DNA of 64,000 bases from an uncultured Phycisphaerales bacterium (GCA_963758525.1 CAVWVQ010000002.1:384001-448000); one strand, 5' to 3'; numbered from the stretch's first letter, positions 22,072 to 31,379 are shown. Numbers and translations are program-made. The notes: generated by a model not told the origin, from the letters alone.

Positions 22072-22291
22072 AAATCACCCTCACCCCAATCCTCTCCCGG
22101 AATACCGGGAGAGGGGGTAACGAAAAGAGTTCCTGGCCGCGCCGCGCAGCGAACCGCTTTCAACAGCCTGCTTCACGCTTTGATCGAGTTTCGTCTGCAC
22201 AAGCTGCGCGGCCCGGCGCGGCTTAGACGTGGTTTCAGAACCCTTCCCCCTCTCCCGGTACTCCGGGAGAGGGCAGGGGTGAGGGTGATTT
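22072..22291. repeat. Inverted doublet of palindromic REP family A (CCCTCACCCC...CCTCTCCCG..TAC.GGGAGAGGG)
   Basis: The copy at 22072-22119 and the reverse-complement copy at 22246-22291. Related copies at 28232, 29399, 29491 and 54292. Confidence 0.85.
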
Positions 22292-22341
22292 GGAGCTTCG
22301 AAAGCCGCTGGTTTCGGACGCCGATAGTATGCGACCGGGAT

Positions 22342-22995
22342 ATGAGGCATCTCGTGCTTCGAGTTGGTCATGCCTGCGCCTTGGTTGTTCTCTTCTTGCT
22401 GGCCGGCACGGGTTGCGAATCGACGAATGCCCCGCCGACGACCCGGCCGGCGACTGATGTGGACTATCATGAAGGCCAGTCCAATTTTTGGTATGCCAAG
22501 CCGGGCAGGGCAAACGCGACGTGCGGGAACTACGACGCGCTCTGGCAGAACAGCATGCGCGTAGCTCACGCGGATGGATTTTTCATCGATCGGGAGGAAT
22601 ATCGCGACGGCCTGCTGACGACCAAGCCGCTGATCTCCGCCCAGATTTTTGAGCCCTGGAGAAACGACGTCGGCGATCTCCGCGGCGCGGTTCAAAGCAC
22701 GATCGCCACCGTCCGCCGAACGATTCATTTCGACATCCGCAAACTGCCCGACGGCCGATACTCGGTGGTCCCCAAGGTGCTCATCGAGCGGCATTCCCTG
22801 GCCGAGCGGCGCATCACTTCCGTCACTGAGTACCTGGATGTCTTCGCCGTCGACCGCCCGTTGGATCAGCCGTACACCGAAGAGGGAGTGGCGCTGGTGC
22901 CGGATTACTGGTACGCCGTGGGCCGGGATTACGCGCTCGAAAAGAAACTGGTCCGGCAGTTGGAGAATTCGCTGGCGGGGCTTGCGTGCGATTGA
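22342..22995 (+). CDS. Lipoprotein of unknown function
   Basis: MRHLVLR...LLAGTG-C signal with lipobox; it forms the C-terminal part of the artefactual 812-aa ORF. Confidence 0.75.
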   Translation: MRHLVLRVGHACALVVLFLLAGTGCESTNAPPTTRPATDVDYHEGQSNFWYAKPGRANATCGNYDALWQNSMRVAHADGFFIDREEYRDGLLTTKPLISAQIFEPWRNDVGDLRGAVQSTIATVRRTIHFDIRKLPDGRYSVVPKVLIERHSLAERRITSVTEYLDVFAVDRPLDQPYTEEGVALVPDYWYAVGRDYALEKKLVRQLENSLAGLACD

Positions 22996-23067
22996 ATGGC
23001 GAACGCTGAACCTGAAACCGATGATTGAGTTCGGTTTTGATCAACATCAATCAGTCTTGCAGTATTT

Positions 23068-23559
23068 ATGCCAACAACTGCTTCGCTACAAGATGTGACC
23101 GGGTTTCGCGGAGAGAAGATCGTCGAGCTTTGCTTGACAGACTACAGCGCGTTTGCAGGACCGCTATTTCGTCCGGGATTTCTGGGCGACAAGTGGCCGG
23201 CCGTTGACTTTTACGTGGAACTTAACGGGGTACCTGGGAAACGCCCATATTTTCTGGTCCAAAGCAAAGCAACAACCTCGAATCTGACCGCCCGCGCGGC
23301 GGGTCTGCGGATATCTTCAACGAGGACTGACATCGCAAGATTGCTCGAGATACCTGGTCCGACTTATATTCTCGGTGTGCATGAGCCGTCCCGCAGAGTA
23401 TTCGCGAAGTCCGTGCATAGTGGTATCGCCATGAGGGCTATCACCCGGATAGAATTGAATCATGAGCTGACCAGCGCGAATCTTCAACGGCTGTATGACG
23501 AGGTACGGGGTTACTGGCAATCGACTGAACACAAACCCACGACATCGGTGTTTGCATGA
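23068..23559 (+). CDS. DUF4365-like PD-(D/E)XK nuclease-fold protein A
   Basis: G.RGE...D.YVEL...F.VQSK arrangement; sequence is visibly more AT-rich than the flanks. Confidence 0.7.
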   Translation: MPTTASLQDVTGFRGEKIVELCLTDYSAFAGPLFRPGFLGDKWPAVDFYVELNGVPGKRPYFLVQSKATTSNLTARAAGLRISSTRTDIARLLEIPGPTYILGVHEPSRRVFAKSVHSGIAMRAITRIELNHELTSANLQRLYDEVRGYWQSTEHKPTTSVFA

Positions 23560-24017
23560 ACGCCCAAAATTCGCGATCACAACTTGCAACTCGCCGCGCC
23601 AATCTTCTCGCGGAATTATTCTTGCAGGACCTCAATCCGGTGTTCGTTTCCAAGCCGACATCGGAAGACCTTGGGTATGATTTTCTTGTTGGATTTTCCA
23701 ACGACAAGGCGGGTATCAATACCTTTGCGGTCGAGGTGAAGCCTACTGAACGGCCGCCAGGATCGCGGTTTCCCATTTCACGAAATTCCTTCGACCGAAT
23801 CACCCACTCCAATGTTCCTGGCCTGCTTCTGGTCGCTGATGTCAAGCAGAACCGACTCTATTACGCATGGCTGCGGCCGGACGATTCGAACACCGCACGC
23901 AACACTGTCTCGATCCCAATTGCGGAGATAAACGAGACGACGACAAAACAGCTCAAGAGTCGTCTTGAGAAGGCGGAAGACGGTGTGGCGGTCGCAGGGC
24001 GGCTAGCCGGCGCATGA
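23556..24017 (+). CDS. DUF4365-like PD-(D/E)XK nuclease-fold protein B
   Basis: DLGYDFLV...FAVEVK...PGLLLVAD...YYAW; ATGA overlap with gene A. Confidence 0.75.
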   Translation: MNAQNSRSQLATRRANLLAELFLQDLNPVFVSKPTSEDLGYDFLVGFSNDKAGINTFAVEVKPTERPPGSRFPISRNSFDRITHSNVPGLLLVADVKQNRLYYAWLRPDDSNTARNTVSIPIAEINETTTKQLKSRLEKAEDGVAVAGRLAGA

Positions 24018-24274
24018 CAGTCCGAAATCCCAACCCCCCGGATCGGCGTAACTCCCGCGCCGCGTTGAACGTAAACTTTATTTGCTCAGTAACGGGGTGT
24101 GCCGGTATGATTCTCCTGGCAGCCCTTCGGCGTGAGCGCCGGGCGCGGGCAGCCTGGCGTGATGTCACTCTCGTTATTTCAGTCGGCCAATGAGGTTGCG
24201 GACAGGTGCACGCCGCCGGTGGCGCGTCCAGACGGACAATCTGTCAACACCGCTTCTCGCCGCTGGAGGGTCTC

Positions 24275-27064
24275 ATGGGTATGAGGTCGTTATTCCCCGC
24301 GTCCTGGTTTGTCTCGTCCGATCCGGCCCGCTCCGACCGGCGCCGGCGCCAGGCATCCCTTGCCGTCGAACGGGCGGCTGGCGTCACCGTCGAATCCCTC
24401 GAAACTCGCGTTCTGTTTGCGGCGATTACCGCGACGCTTACGCCCGCCCCGCCGCCCCCGGTGGTCAGCGCCGCCGCAACGACTGAAAAGGTGATCATTA
24501 CTTACGTTGATCCCGATATGGTCGCGCTTCCGATTACGGGATTTTCCGCCAGCAACATCACCGTTGCCGGCCCCGCGATGGCAACGGTTGCTTCGGTCAG
24601 CGTGACGCAAGCCGCCGGCTCCGGCACTGCCGTCGCGACATACGTGGTCGACGCCCCCGGCGCAACGACCTGGAACGCTTCTGAGAACGGAAGCTACACC
24701 ATCAGCCTGCACGCGGGCGTCACCGACGCCGATGCCAACACCGCCGCGCCCAATCCAACCTTCGGCGTTTTTACGGTCGCGATTCCCCCGACGGCGACCG
24801 TTGCGCCGGTTGCAGACATCACGACGGCCACGCCGGACACTTTCAACGTTGTCGTTACCTACGTAAGCCCCGGCGGTCAGATCCTTGGATCAACCATCGG
24901 GACCGACAACATCACCGTGAAAGGCCCCACCGGCCCTGGGAGCAGTTCGTTGGCGGTTGCCTCGATCACTCCCGCGACAAATACCAACAGCGCGACGGAA
25001 GTAGTGACCTACACCGTCGACTCCCCAACGCCCGGCTCGTTCAGTGCGCTGGACGACGGAACGTACACCATTGGAATCGTCGGCAACGTGACTGACACGA
25101 CTGCCGTGCATGTTGCCGCCAACCCGTCGGTGCAGACGTTCACCGTCAACATCGCCGACGTTCCCACCGCCGTGCTCACGCAGCCGGCGAATATCACCAC
25201 CAGCGGCGTCAGCAGCGAGCCCATTGTTGTGACGTACACCGAGCCCGGCGCCGCCGATATGCCTCCGGTGCTAGTCGCTGGAAGTTCGATCGATACCACC
25301 AACATCAGCGTCACCAGTCCCAACGCGACGCCGATCACGATCACCGCGGTCACTCCGCCGTCCCCTGCCGACGGCTCGCCGCTGGTTGTCACTTACACCG
25401 CATCGCTTCCCGCCGGCATGACATTCACCGATGCGCTCAACGGGGTCTATACCATCGCCCTGGCAAACACGGTGACCGGAACCAACGCCGCTCCGGTTAC
25501 GCCGGACGATATGTTCGGAACCTTCACCGTCGCCCTGTCCGACACGACCGGACCCACGGCAACGGTCACGGCGCAGCCGGTCCTGCAGTCGACCGGCACC
25601 ACGACTCAGATCATCGTCACTTATGTCGACGATGGGGCCGTTCTGACCTCCAGTGTCGCCGACGCCGGCAATGGCGCCATTACGGTGAAGGATACCACCA
25701 CCGGCGAGACGTTGAACGTCGTCGATGCCACCATCGCTGCCGGGACCCCAGTCAACCCGCAGACGCTCGTCGTCACGTATACGGTCGAGCAGCCCAGCGA
25801 CAATGCATTCTCTTCCTCCGACAACGGCACATACACGATCGCACTGACGGGTGCTCCCGCGGTGACCGACACCACCGGAAATCCGGTGCTGGCCAATCCC
25901 AATCTCGGCACGCTTCTGATTGACATCGGCAATACCACGCGACCCACCGGCACGGTCACCGCGCCGGCTATCACCACCAACGCGATCACCGGCGAAACCA
26001 TCACGTTTGTTTTGACCGACGTTGCGGCAATCAAGCTCTCCACGATCACGCTGAACAGCCTGAAAGTGCTCGCCCCAAATGGCGCGCAGCTCAAGCCAAC
26101 TTCCCTTTCGCTCAGCTCGGGCGTTGATGCCCCCGTTGTCACCGCCGTCTACGTCGTCGCAGCGCCCAATGGCGCAAGTTTCACCGGCGCTGACAACGGC
26201 ACCTACACGGTCGCCCTGAACGGCGTAACCGATATTCAAGGCCTGCCCGTGGTTCCCAGCGGCGTGAATACCGCGTTTGCCGTGTCTATCGAGACGATCC
26301 AAAACCCGCAGCCGGAAGGAGAATTCGGCGTCTTCAACGGAAAGATGCGCAAGCTCCGCTTCTACGACGTCCCGCTGGGAACCACCATCACTCTCACCGC
26401 ACGCGGCGGGCAGGGAAGCGTGACGCAGGAAGGGGATGGCAGCCTGAGCATTGTCATGAACGATTTCGGCGGCGGGCTGAATGTCAATGTGCTCAGCAGC
26501 GGAAATCATCCGGTCAATTACGAGAGCGTGATCGTGCATGGATCGGTCAATAACTTCCAATCGCTCACCGGCAATCTACTCGGCACATTCCAGGCCTCAG
26601 GCACGCTGACCAAGGCAACCTTCCGCCAACTCCTTGGCACGTTGGTGACGTCAGGCTCCATCCTCAATCTCAAAGTGCTTCGCGCGGTGACGGACTCGCA
26701 AATTCTCAGCGGCGTGCTTTTTGGCGCCGACGGACTTTTCGGCACCAACCCCACCACTCTCGTTGACGATGACACTTACGCCCCCGGTTTCATCCGGAAT
26801 ATCAACATCGGCGGCTCTTTCTCGGACTCGGTTGTCGCCGCCGGCGCGGATCCCGGCGCGGATCTGATCTTCGGCTTCAACGCTTCCACCCAGACCGACG
26901 ACGATGTGCGCGCCGGGACGGCGACCAGCATCATCCAGACCATCACAGCCATCGGCTCGGACGGACTCACCCGCTTCGAAGCCGGTCACTTCGGGCAGTT
27001 CAAGTTCGCGAAGCACAAGTTCTTCCCCGACGCGACGACCGACAATCGGTTCAAAGGGCTGTAG
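24275..27064 (+). CDS. Large secreted LEPR-XLL protein with five ~125-aa Ig-like repeats and a conserved C-terminal domain
   Basis: ESLETRVLFA; repeats of PTATV...VTY.D...NITV...DNG.YTI; GGAGG RBS before the ATG at 24275. Confidence 0.85.
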   Translation: MGMRSLFPASWFVSSDPARSDRRRRQASLAVERAAGVTVESLETRVLFAAITATLTPAPPPPVVSAAATTEKVIITYVDPDMVALPITGFSASNITVAGPAMATVASVSVTQAAGSGTAVATYVVDAPGATTWNASENGSYTISLHAGVTDADANTAAPNPTFGVFTVAIPPTATVAPVADITTATPDTFNVVVTYVSPGGQILGSTIGTDNITVKGPTGPGSSSLAVASITPATNTNSATEVVTYTVDSPTPGSFSALDDGTYTIGIVGNVTDTTAVHVAANPSVQTFTVNIADVPTAVLTQPANITTSGVSSEPIVVTYTEPGAADMPPVLVAGSSIDTTNISVTSPNATPITITAVTPPSPADGSPLVVTYTASLPAGMTFTDALNGVYTIALANTVTGTNAAPVTPDDMFGTFTVALSDTTGPTATVTAQPVLQSTGTTTQIIVTYVDDGAVLTSSVADAGNGAITVKDTTTGETLNVVDATIAAGTPVNPQTLVVTYTVEQPSDNAFSSSDNGTYTIALTGAPAVTDTTGNPVLANPNLGTLLIDIGNTTRPTGTVTAPAITTNAITGETITFVLTDVAAIKLSTITLNSLKVLAPNGAQLKPTSLSLSSGVDAPVVTAVYVVAAPNGASFTGADNGTYTVALNGVTDIQGLPVVPSGVNTAFAVSIETIQNPQPEGEFGVFNGKMRKLRFYDVPLGTTITLTARGGQGSVTQEGDGSLSIVMNDFGGGLNVNVLSSGNHPVNYESVIVHGSVNNFQSLTGNLLGTFQASGTLTKATFRQLLGTLVTSGSILNLKVLRAVTDSQILSGVLFGADGLFGTNPTTLVDDDTYAPGFIRNINIGGSFSDSVVAAGADPGADLIFGFNASTQTDDDVRAGTATSIIQTITAIGSDGLTRFEAGHFGQFKFAKHKFFPDATTDNRFKGL

Positions 27065-27068
27065 GAAA

Positions 27069-27133
27069 GTTCAGGGTGTCGGGGTTCAGGGTGTCAGGGT
27101 TCAGGGTTCAGGGTTCAGGGTTCAGGGTTCAGG
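27069..27133 (+). repeat. (TTCAGGG)n array
   Basis: About 9 units including GTGTCA variants, directly after the stop codon. Confidence 0.95.
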
Positions 27134-27232
27134 CGCGAGGAACCGAGGAACCGCAAACGATGGATGGGGCGCAAATGAGACAGTATGCTTCTGCCCGATA
27201 CCTCAAATTAGTGACGCCCTTCTGCGTTCTTC

Positions 27233-27306
27233 CCCTGAACCCTGAACCCTGAACCCTGAACCCTGAACCCTGAACTCTGAACCCTGAACCCTGAACCCTG
27301 AACCCT
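27233..27306 (-). repeat. (CCCTGAA)10 array, inverted relative to 27069-27133
   Basis: Ten units with one CTCTGAA variant; ends 5 nt before the ATG at 27312. Confidence 0.95.
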
Positions 27307-27311
27307 CACCT

Positions 27312-28160
27312 ATGCTTCGTTTATCCGCTTTTGCTGATGAAATTGCGCCGGAGTTGGACGAGCAGATCCGCGTCTGTCGGGCCTGCGGGATCACCCACGT
27401 CGAGTTGCGCACTGTGGATGGAATCAACGTGCTCGACTTCGACAAGTCTCGCCGCGACGACATCCGGTCGCGCCTGCGCGACAGCGGGCTGGGGGTGCAG
27501 ACCATCGCCAGCCCCATCGGCAAGGTGAAGCTCAGCGACTCCTGGCCGGCGCACCTCGACCGGTTCAAAGTCGCAGTCGAATGTGCCGAGTTTTTTGACG
27601 CGCCGTTCATCCGCGTTTTCAGCTATTACGCTTCGTCGGCCGACGAAGACATTCGCAAGCAGCGTGACGAGGTGCTCCGCCGGATGCGCGCAAAGGTCGA
27701 TTATCTCGACGGTCATCACGTGATCCTTCTTCATGAGAATGAGAAAGATATTTACGGCCAGCTCGGTCGCGAGTGCCTGGATCTGATGACCGCGATCGAC
27801 TCGCCACGTCTCCGCTGCGCGTTCGATTCGGCGAACTTCGTGCAGGCCGGGGAGCGCCCGCTGGACAACTGGTCATTGCTCAAGCCGTACACCGCGCAGA
27901 TTCACGTCAAGGATGCGAAGAAGTCGGACGGCTCCTGTGTGCTGGTGGGCACGGGAGACGGCGATTATCCGGCGATCATCGCCGATGCATATCGAAGCGG
28001 CTATCGCGGCTTCCTCAGCCTTGAGCCGCACCTGGCGGTCGCCGGGCAGTTCAGCGGGTTCAGCGGGCCGAAGCTGTTTACCGAAGATGCCGTCGCGCTG
28101 CGCGAACTGTGCGCCAGGGCAAACGTTCCGCTTGCCGACCCGCGTCATCGCGGTGGATAA
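27312..28160 (+). CDS. Sugar phosphate isomerase/epimerase (xylose isomerase-like TIM barrel)
   Basis: LSAFADEI, HENE, FDSANF, IHVKDA, LSLEPHL. Confidence 0.9.
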   Translation: MLRLSAFADEIAPELDEQIRVCRACGITHVELRTVDGINVLDFDKSRRDDIRSRLRDSGLGVQTIASPIGKVKLSDSWPAHLDRFKVAVECAEFFDAPFIRVFSYYASSADEDIRKQRDEVLRRMRAKVDYLDGHHVILLHENEKDIYGQLGRECLDLMTAIDSPRLRCAFDSANFVQAGERPLDNWSLLKPYTAQIHVKDAKKSDGSCVLVGTGDGDYPAIIADAYRSGYRGFLSLEPHLAVAGQFSGFSGPKLFTEDAVALRELCARANVPLADPRHRGG

Positions 28161-28231
28161 GAGCCATCCTCAGGCCAACCCTCTCCACCGGGAGTGGGTG
28201 ATTGCGAGGACCAACGGCCCCCACCGTTCAA

Positions 28232-28279
28232 AAATCACCCTCACCCCAGCCCTCTCCCGCGGTACCGGGAGAGGGGGTA
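28232..28279. repeat. REP family A copy between convergent genes
   Basis: aaatcaccctcaccccagccctctcccgcggtaccgggagagggggta. Confidence 0.85.
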
Positions 28280-28322
28280 GGAGGTCGCTCGAAGTTCTGA
28301 AACGTTCGCGGAGTTGCTCAGC

Positions 28323-29582
28323 CTACCGCGTGCGATCATTCGCTTCATTTTCGTAATAGTCGAAGCTGGAGCCGAGTTTCTCCAGGAGCGGACGGGTAAC
28401 CCGGTTCAGTTCTTCAATCACCTCGTCCGGCAGAGCTTCCGAAGCGGTCTGGATGTTTCGTCTCAGATTGGCGGCATCGGATGATCCGCAAAGCGAACTG
28501 GTGATTCCCTTTCCGGCGATCGCCCATTTCAGGGAGATCGACGCCATGCTCAGCCCGTGCCGCTGTGCGATACGGCGGATCGCGTTCAAGGCCGCGACCA
28601 TCTCGGCTTCGGCGCCCGGCAGCCCATGCCGGCACTGCGCATTGCGACGGCAATTAAAGTGCCGCGTGCGCCGTTGCGGCGCCGGGATTTCATCCAGCGT
28701 GGCATAGCGCCCAGCGAGCACTCCCTGCATCAGGGCCATGTATCCGACAACGCCAATCCCGCGGTCGCGGCACCAGGGCAGGATCTCAAGCTCGATGGCA
28801 CGCGTCAGCAGGCTGTACGGCAACTGGTTGACGACGATGTCGGCGCCGGTTCCGAGCGCCTCGTTCAATTTCTGCACGCCAAAGTTGGCGACGCCGATGT
28901 GGCGGATCTTCCCCTTCGCCTGCAGGTCGCGGAGCGCGCCAAACGCCTCGGTCACGGAAGGAATAGGCAACGGTTCGGATGTGAAATGACGAATCGAGTG
29001 CGCCGAGATCGGCCAGTGAACCATGTACAAATCGATGTAGTTCACTTGCAGCCGCCGCAGGCTCGCCTCGCAGTGTTCGATGAGCTTTTCGGGAGCGGCG
29101 TGATGCGGACTGACTTTGGTCGCGATGAGAATGCGATCGCGGGCGATCCCCGCAACGGCTTGTCCAAGCGCGGTTTCGCTTGCGCCGTCGTTATACGCTT
29201 CGGCAGTGTCGAAGAAATTGCAGCCATGATCGATCGCGCAGCGGACGACCTCGTTCACGTCGGCTTGAGCGACCTGTCCCCAATAGCTCCCGCCGCCGAA
29301 CGACCAGCAGCCCAAGCCGAGCACGGGAAGCCGCAAGTCGTGGTTGCCGCAAGGGCGTCGTTGGGTGAGCGACCCGGGATGAGATATCGCGGCGCTTTCC
29401 CCCTCCCCTGGTACTCCGGGGGAGGGCTGGGGTGGGGGCGGCGTCGCCCGAGAATAACCGATCGCATCAGACCACTTCCGACCGACGCTGCCCCCACCCT
29501 GACCCCCCTGACCCTCCGCCGGACAACCGGGGGCGGGGAAAGAGGAATCCTCCAAATTGTCACGCTTCTCGTGTCGTTGCAT
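28323..29582 (-). CDS. Aldo/keto reductase with a REP-derived N-terminal extension
   Basis: LGLGCW, FDTAEAY, IATKV, IDLYMVHWP, GKIRHIGVANF. Residues ~15-62 overlap REP copies. Confidence 0.9.
   Translation of the reverse strand: MQRHEKRDNLEDSSFPAPGCPAEGQGGQGGGSVGRKWSDAIGYSRATPPPPQPSPGVPGEGESAAISHPGSLTQRRPCGNHDLRLPVLGLGCWSFGGGSYWGQVAQADVNEVVRCAIDHGCNFFDTAEAYNDGASETALGQAVAGIARDRILIATKVSPHHAAPEKLIEHCEASLRRLQVNYIDLYMVHWPISAHSIRHFTSEPLPIPSVTEAFGALRDLQAKGKIRHIGVANFGVQKLNEALGTGADIVVNQLPYSLLTRAIELEILPWCRDRGIGVVGYMALMQGVLAGRYATLDEIPAPQRRTRHFNCRRNAQCRHGLPGAEAEMVAALNAIRRIAQRHGLSMASISLKWAIAGKGITSSLCGSSDAANLRRNIQTASEALPDEVIEELNRVTRPLLEKLGSSFDYYENEANDRTR
29399..29538. repeat. REP family A inverted doublet inside the 5' end of the AKR ORF
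   Basis: ccccctcccctggtactccgggggagggctggggtggggg followed by cccccaccctgacc...ccctccgccggacaaccgggggcgggg. Confidence 0.8.
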
Positions 29583-29586
29583 GACT

Positions 29587-30378
29587 TTACTTTTTGGCCG
29601 GCAGCGCCCGCGTCGCCCCGCCGGAAATACCCCCGTCGATGAGCAGGGTCTGGGCGGTCATATATTCACTTGCGTCGGAAGCAAGGAACACCACCGCGCC
29701 ATCCAGGTCGGCTGGCTTTCCCGGGCGCTTCAGCGGGATGCGATCGCACAAGTAATCTACCCATTCGCGATTCTCGTACATCACCGCGTTTTGCGCCGTC
29801 TTGAACCAGCCAGGAGCAAGGCAGTTGACGGTGATACCATGGACTCCCCAATCGTCGGCAAGGCTCATCGTGAGCTGTTTCACGCCGCCCCGACTCGCGC
29901 CGTAGGGCGCGAGCCCGGCATACCCCGCGACGCAAGTCACCGAACCGATGTTGATGATCCGTCCGTATTTTCGGGCGATCATGTGGCGGGCCACGGCTTG
30001 CGAAACGAAGAACGTCCCGCGCAGGTTGGTGTCCAGAATCAGATTCCAGTCATCCCAGGAGACGTCCATCGCCGGCTTGCGCACGTTGCAGCCGGCGTTA
30101 TTTACGAGGATGTCGATCTTTCCGTAATGCGCGGCGGCGGCGTCGGCCATGGTCTGGATGCTATCGAGATGGCGCACGTCCAGCGCCAGCGGCAGAACGC
30201 GCCTGCCGAGCGCCTCGATCTCGCGCTGGAACGTTTTGAGACTGGCCGGCTCACGGCTGGTGATGACCAGATCCGCGCCGGCGCGGGCCAGCGCTGTGGC
30301 AAAGTACTGCCCGAGGCCGCGGCTGGTGCCGGTAACGATTGCAACCTTGCCGGCGAGGTTGAAAAGATTGTCGGTCAT
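29587..30378 (-). CDS. Short-chain dehydrogenase/reductase (gluconate 5-dehydrogenase/KduD-like)
   Basis: TGTSRGLG, NNAG, IINIGS, YGASR (Arg in place of the usual YxxxK Lys), APGWF. Confidence 0.92.
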   Translation of the reverse strand: MTDNLFNLAGKVAIVTGTSRGLGQYFATALARAGADLVITSREPASLKTFQREIEALGRRVLPLALDVRHLDSIQTMADAAAAHYGKIDILVNNAGCNVRKPAMDVSWDDWNLILDTNLRGTFFVSQAVARHMIARKYGRIINIGSVTCVAGYAGLAPYGASRGGVKQLTMSLADDWGVHGITVNCLAPGWFKTAQNAVMYENREWVDYLCDRIPLKRPGKPADLDGAVVFLASDASEYMTAQTLLIDGGISGGATRALPAKK

Positions 30379-31379
30379 GGAGCGAGAATGACCTTTAGAA
30401 GACCGGCCTCTTTGTTGTGGAGCCGATCAAACCAGGCCGCTCCATCCGCGAGCGGCGCGACACTGCTGATCAACGGCTTCACGTCGACCGCGCCGCTCGC
30501 CATCAAATCGAGGCATTGCGGATATTCGCCTGCTGAAGCGCAAGACCCGTAGATCGTCAGCTCGCGCGTGACGGCAAGCTGCAGCGGCCATTCGATCTTC
30601 GGCGAGACATTGCCGATCAGCGTGATCGATCCGCCCTTGCGAACGGACCGCATCGCCAAATCCACGGTTGCGGTCAGTCCGACCGCTTCGAACGCGTGAT
30701 CCGCGGCAAACTCGCCGCGGCACTCGCGGGTGTTGGCCGTCTCCGTTGCTCCAAGCCGCGCCGCCATCTGAAGCTTCTCCTCGGCCAGATCAACGGCGAC
30801 AATCCGGCTGCAACCGATAGCATGAAGTACTTGTATTTGCAGCAAGCCGATCATTCCGGCGCCGACGACCACCGCGGTGTCCCCGCGCTCGACCCCGGAG
30901 CGGCGCGCCGCGTGCACCGCAATGGAAAGCGGCTCAACGAACGCCGCCTGCTCGAACGGCAGCCGATCCGGCAACCGATGGAGAATCCTCTGCGGAATGG
31001 CAACATACTCCGCGAAGGCCCCGTGTTGACGATATTCTTCGCAGGAGACGCCGAGCACGCGCCGGTTGTCACACAAATTGATGCGACCTTCCCGGCAGTA
31101 GTCGCACCGGCCGCAATAGATCGTTGAATCAAACGTAACGCGGTCGCCGGGCTTCCATGCCGTCACCGCGGCTCCGACTTGAGCGATCGTTCCCGCCGCC
31201 TCGTGGCCCATGATGATGGGCGGCCGGCGCCGGCCGGTGCTCCCGTCCATCCCATGCACGTCGCTTCCGCAAATACCGCAAGCCCTCACCGCCACCAGCA
31301 CGTCTTGCGTCCCAGGCTCCGGCGAGGGGGCGTCGTCGAAAACGAACGTGCTGCGGTCGGTGAGGATCAGCGCCTTCAT
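30375..31379 (-). CDS. Zn-dependent polyol dehydrogenase (galactitol-1-phosphate/iditol dehydrogenase-like)
   Basis: CGICGSD, GHE, CGRCDYC...C, GAGMIG; ATGA overlap with the SDR gene. Confidence 0.93.
   Translation of the reverse strand: MKALILTDRSTFVFDDAPSPEPGTQDVLVAVRACGICGSDVHGMDGSTGRRRPPIIMGHEAAGTIAQVGAAVTAWKPGDRVTFDSTIYCGRCDYCREGRINLCDNRRVLGVSCEEYRQHGAFAEYVAIPQRILHRLPDRLPFEQAAFVEPLSIAVHAARRSGVERGDTAVVVGAGMIGLLQIQVLHAIGCSRIVAVDLAEEKLQMAARLGATETANTRECRGEFAADHAFEAVGLTATVDLAMRSVRKGGSITLIGNVSPKIEWPLQLAVTRELTIYGSCASAGEYPQCLDLMASGAVDVKPLISSVAPLADGAAWFDRLHNKEAGLLKVILAP

Noticed and set aside
20557..22995. 812-aa pyruvate kinase-lipoprotein fusion ORF
   Set aside because: It is an artefact of the indel at ~21655. 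The true Pyk C-terminus is in another frame ending at 22051, and the joining segment is translated REP DNA.
27069..27306. CRISPR array or eukaryotic telomere contamination
   Set aside because: The 7-nt units have no spacers and no cas genes are present. The arrays sit in bacterial intergenic regions at three separate loci.
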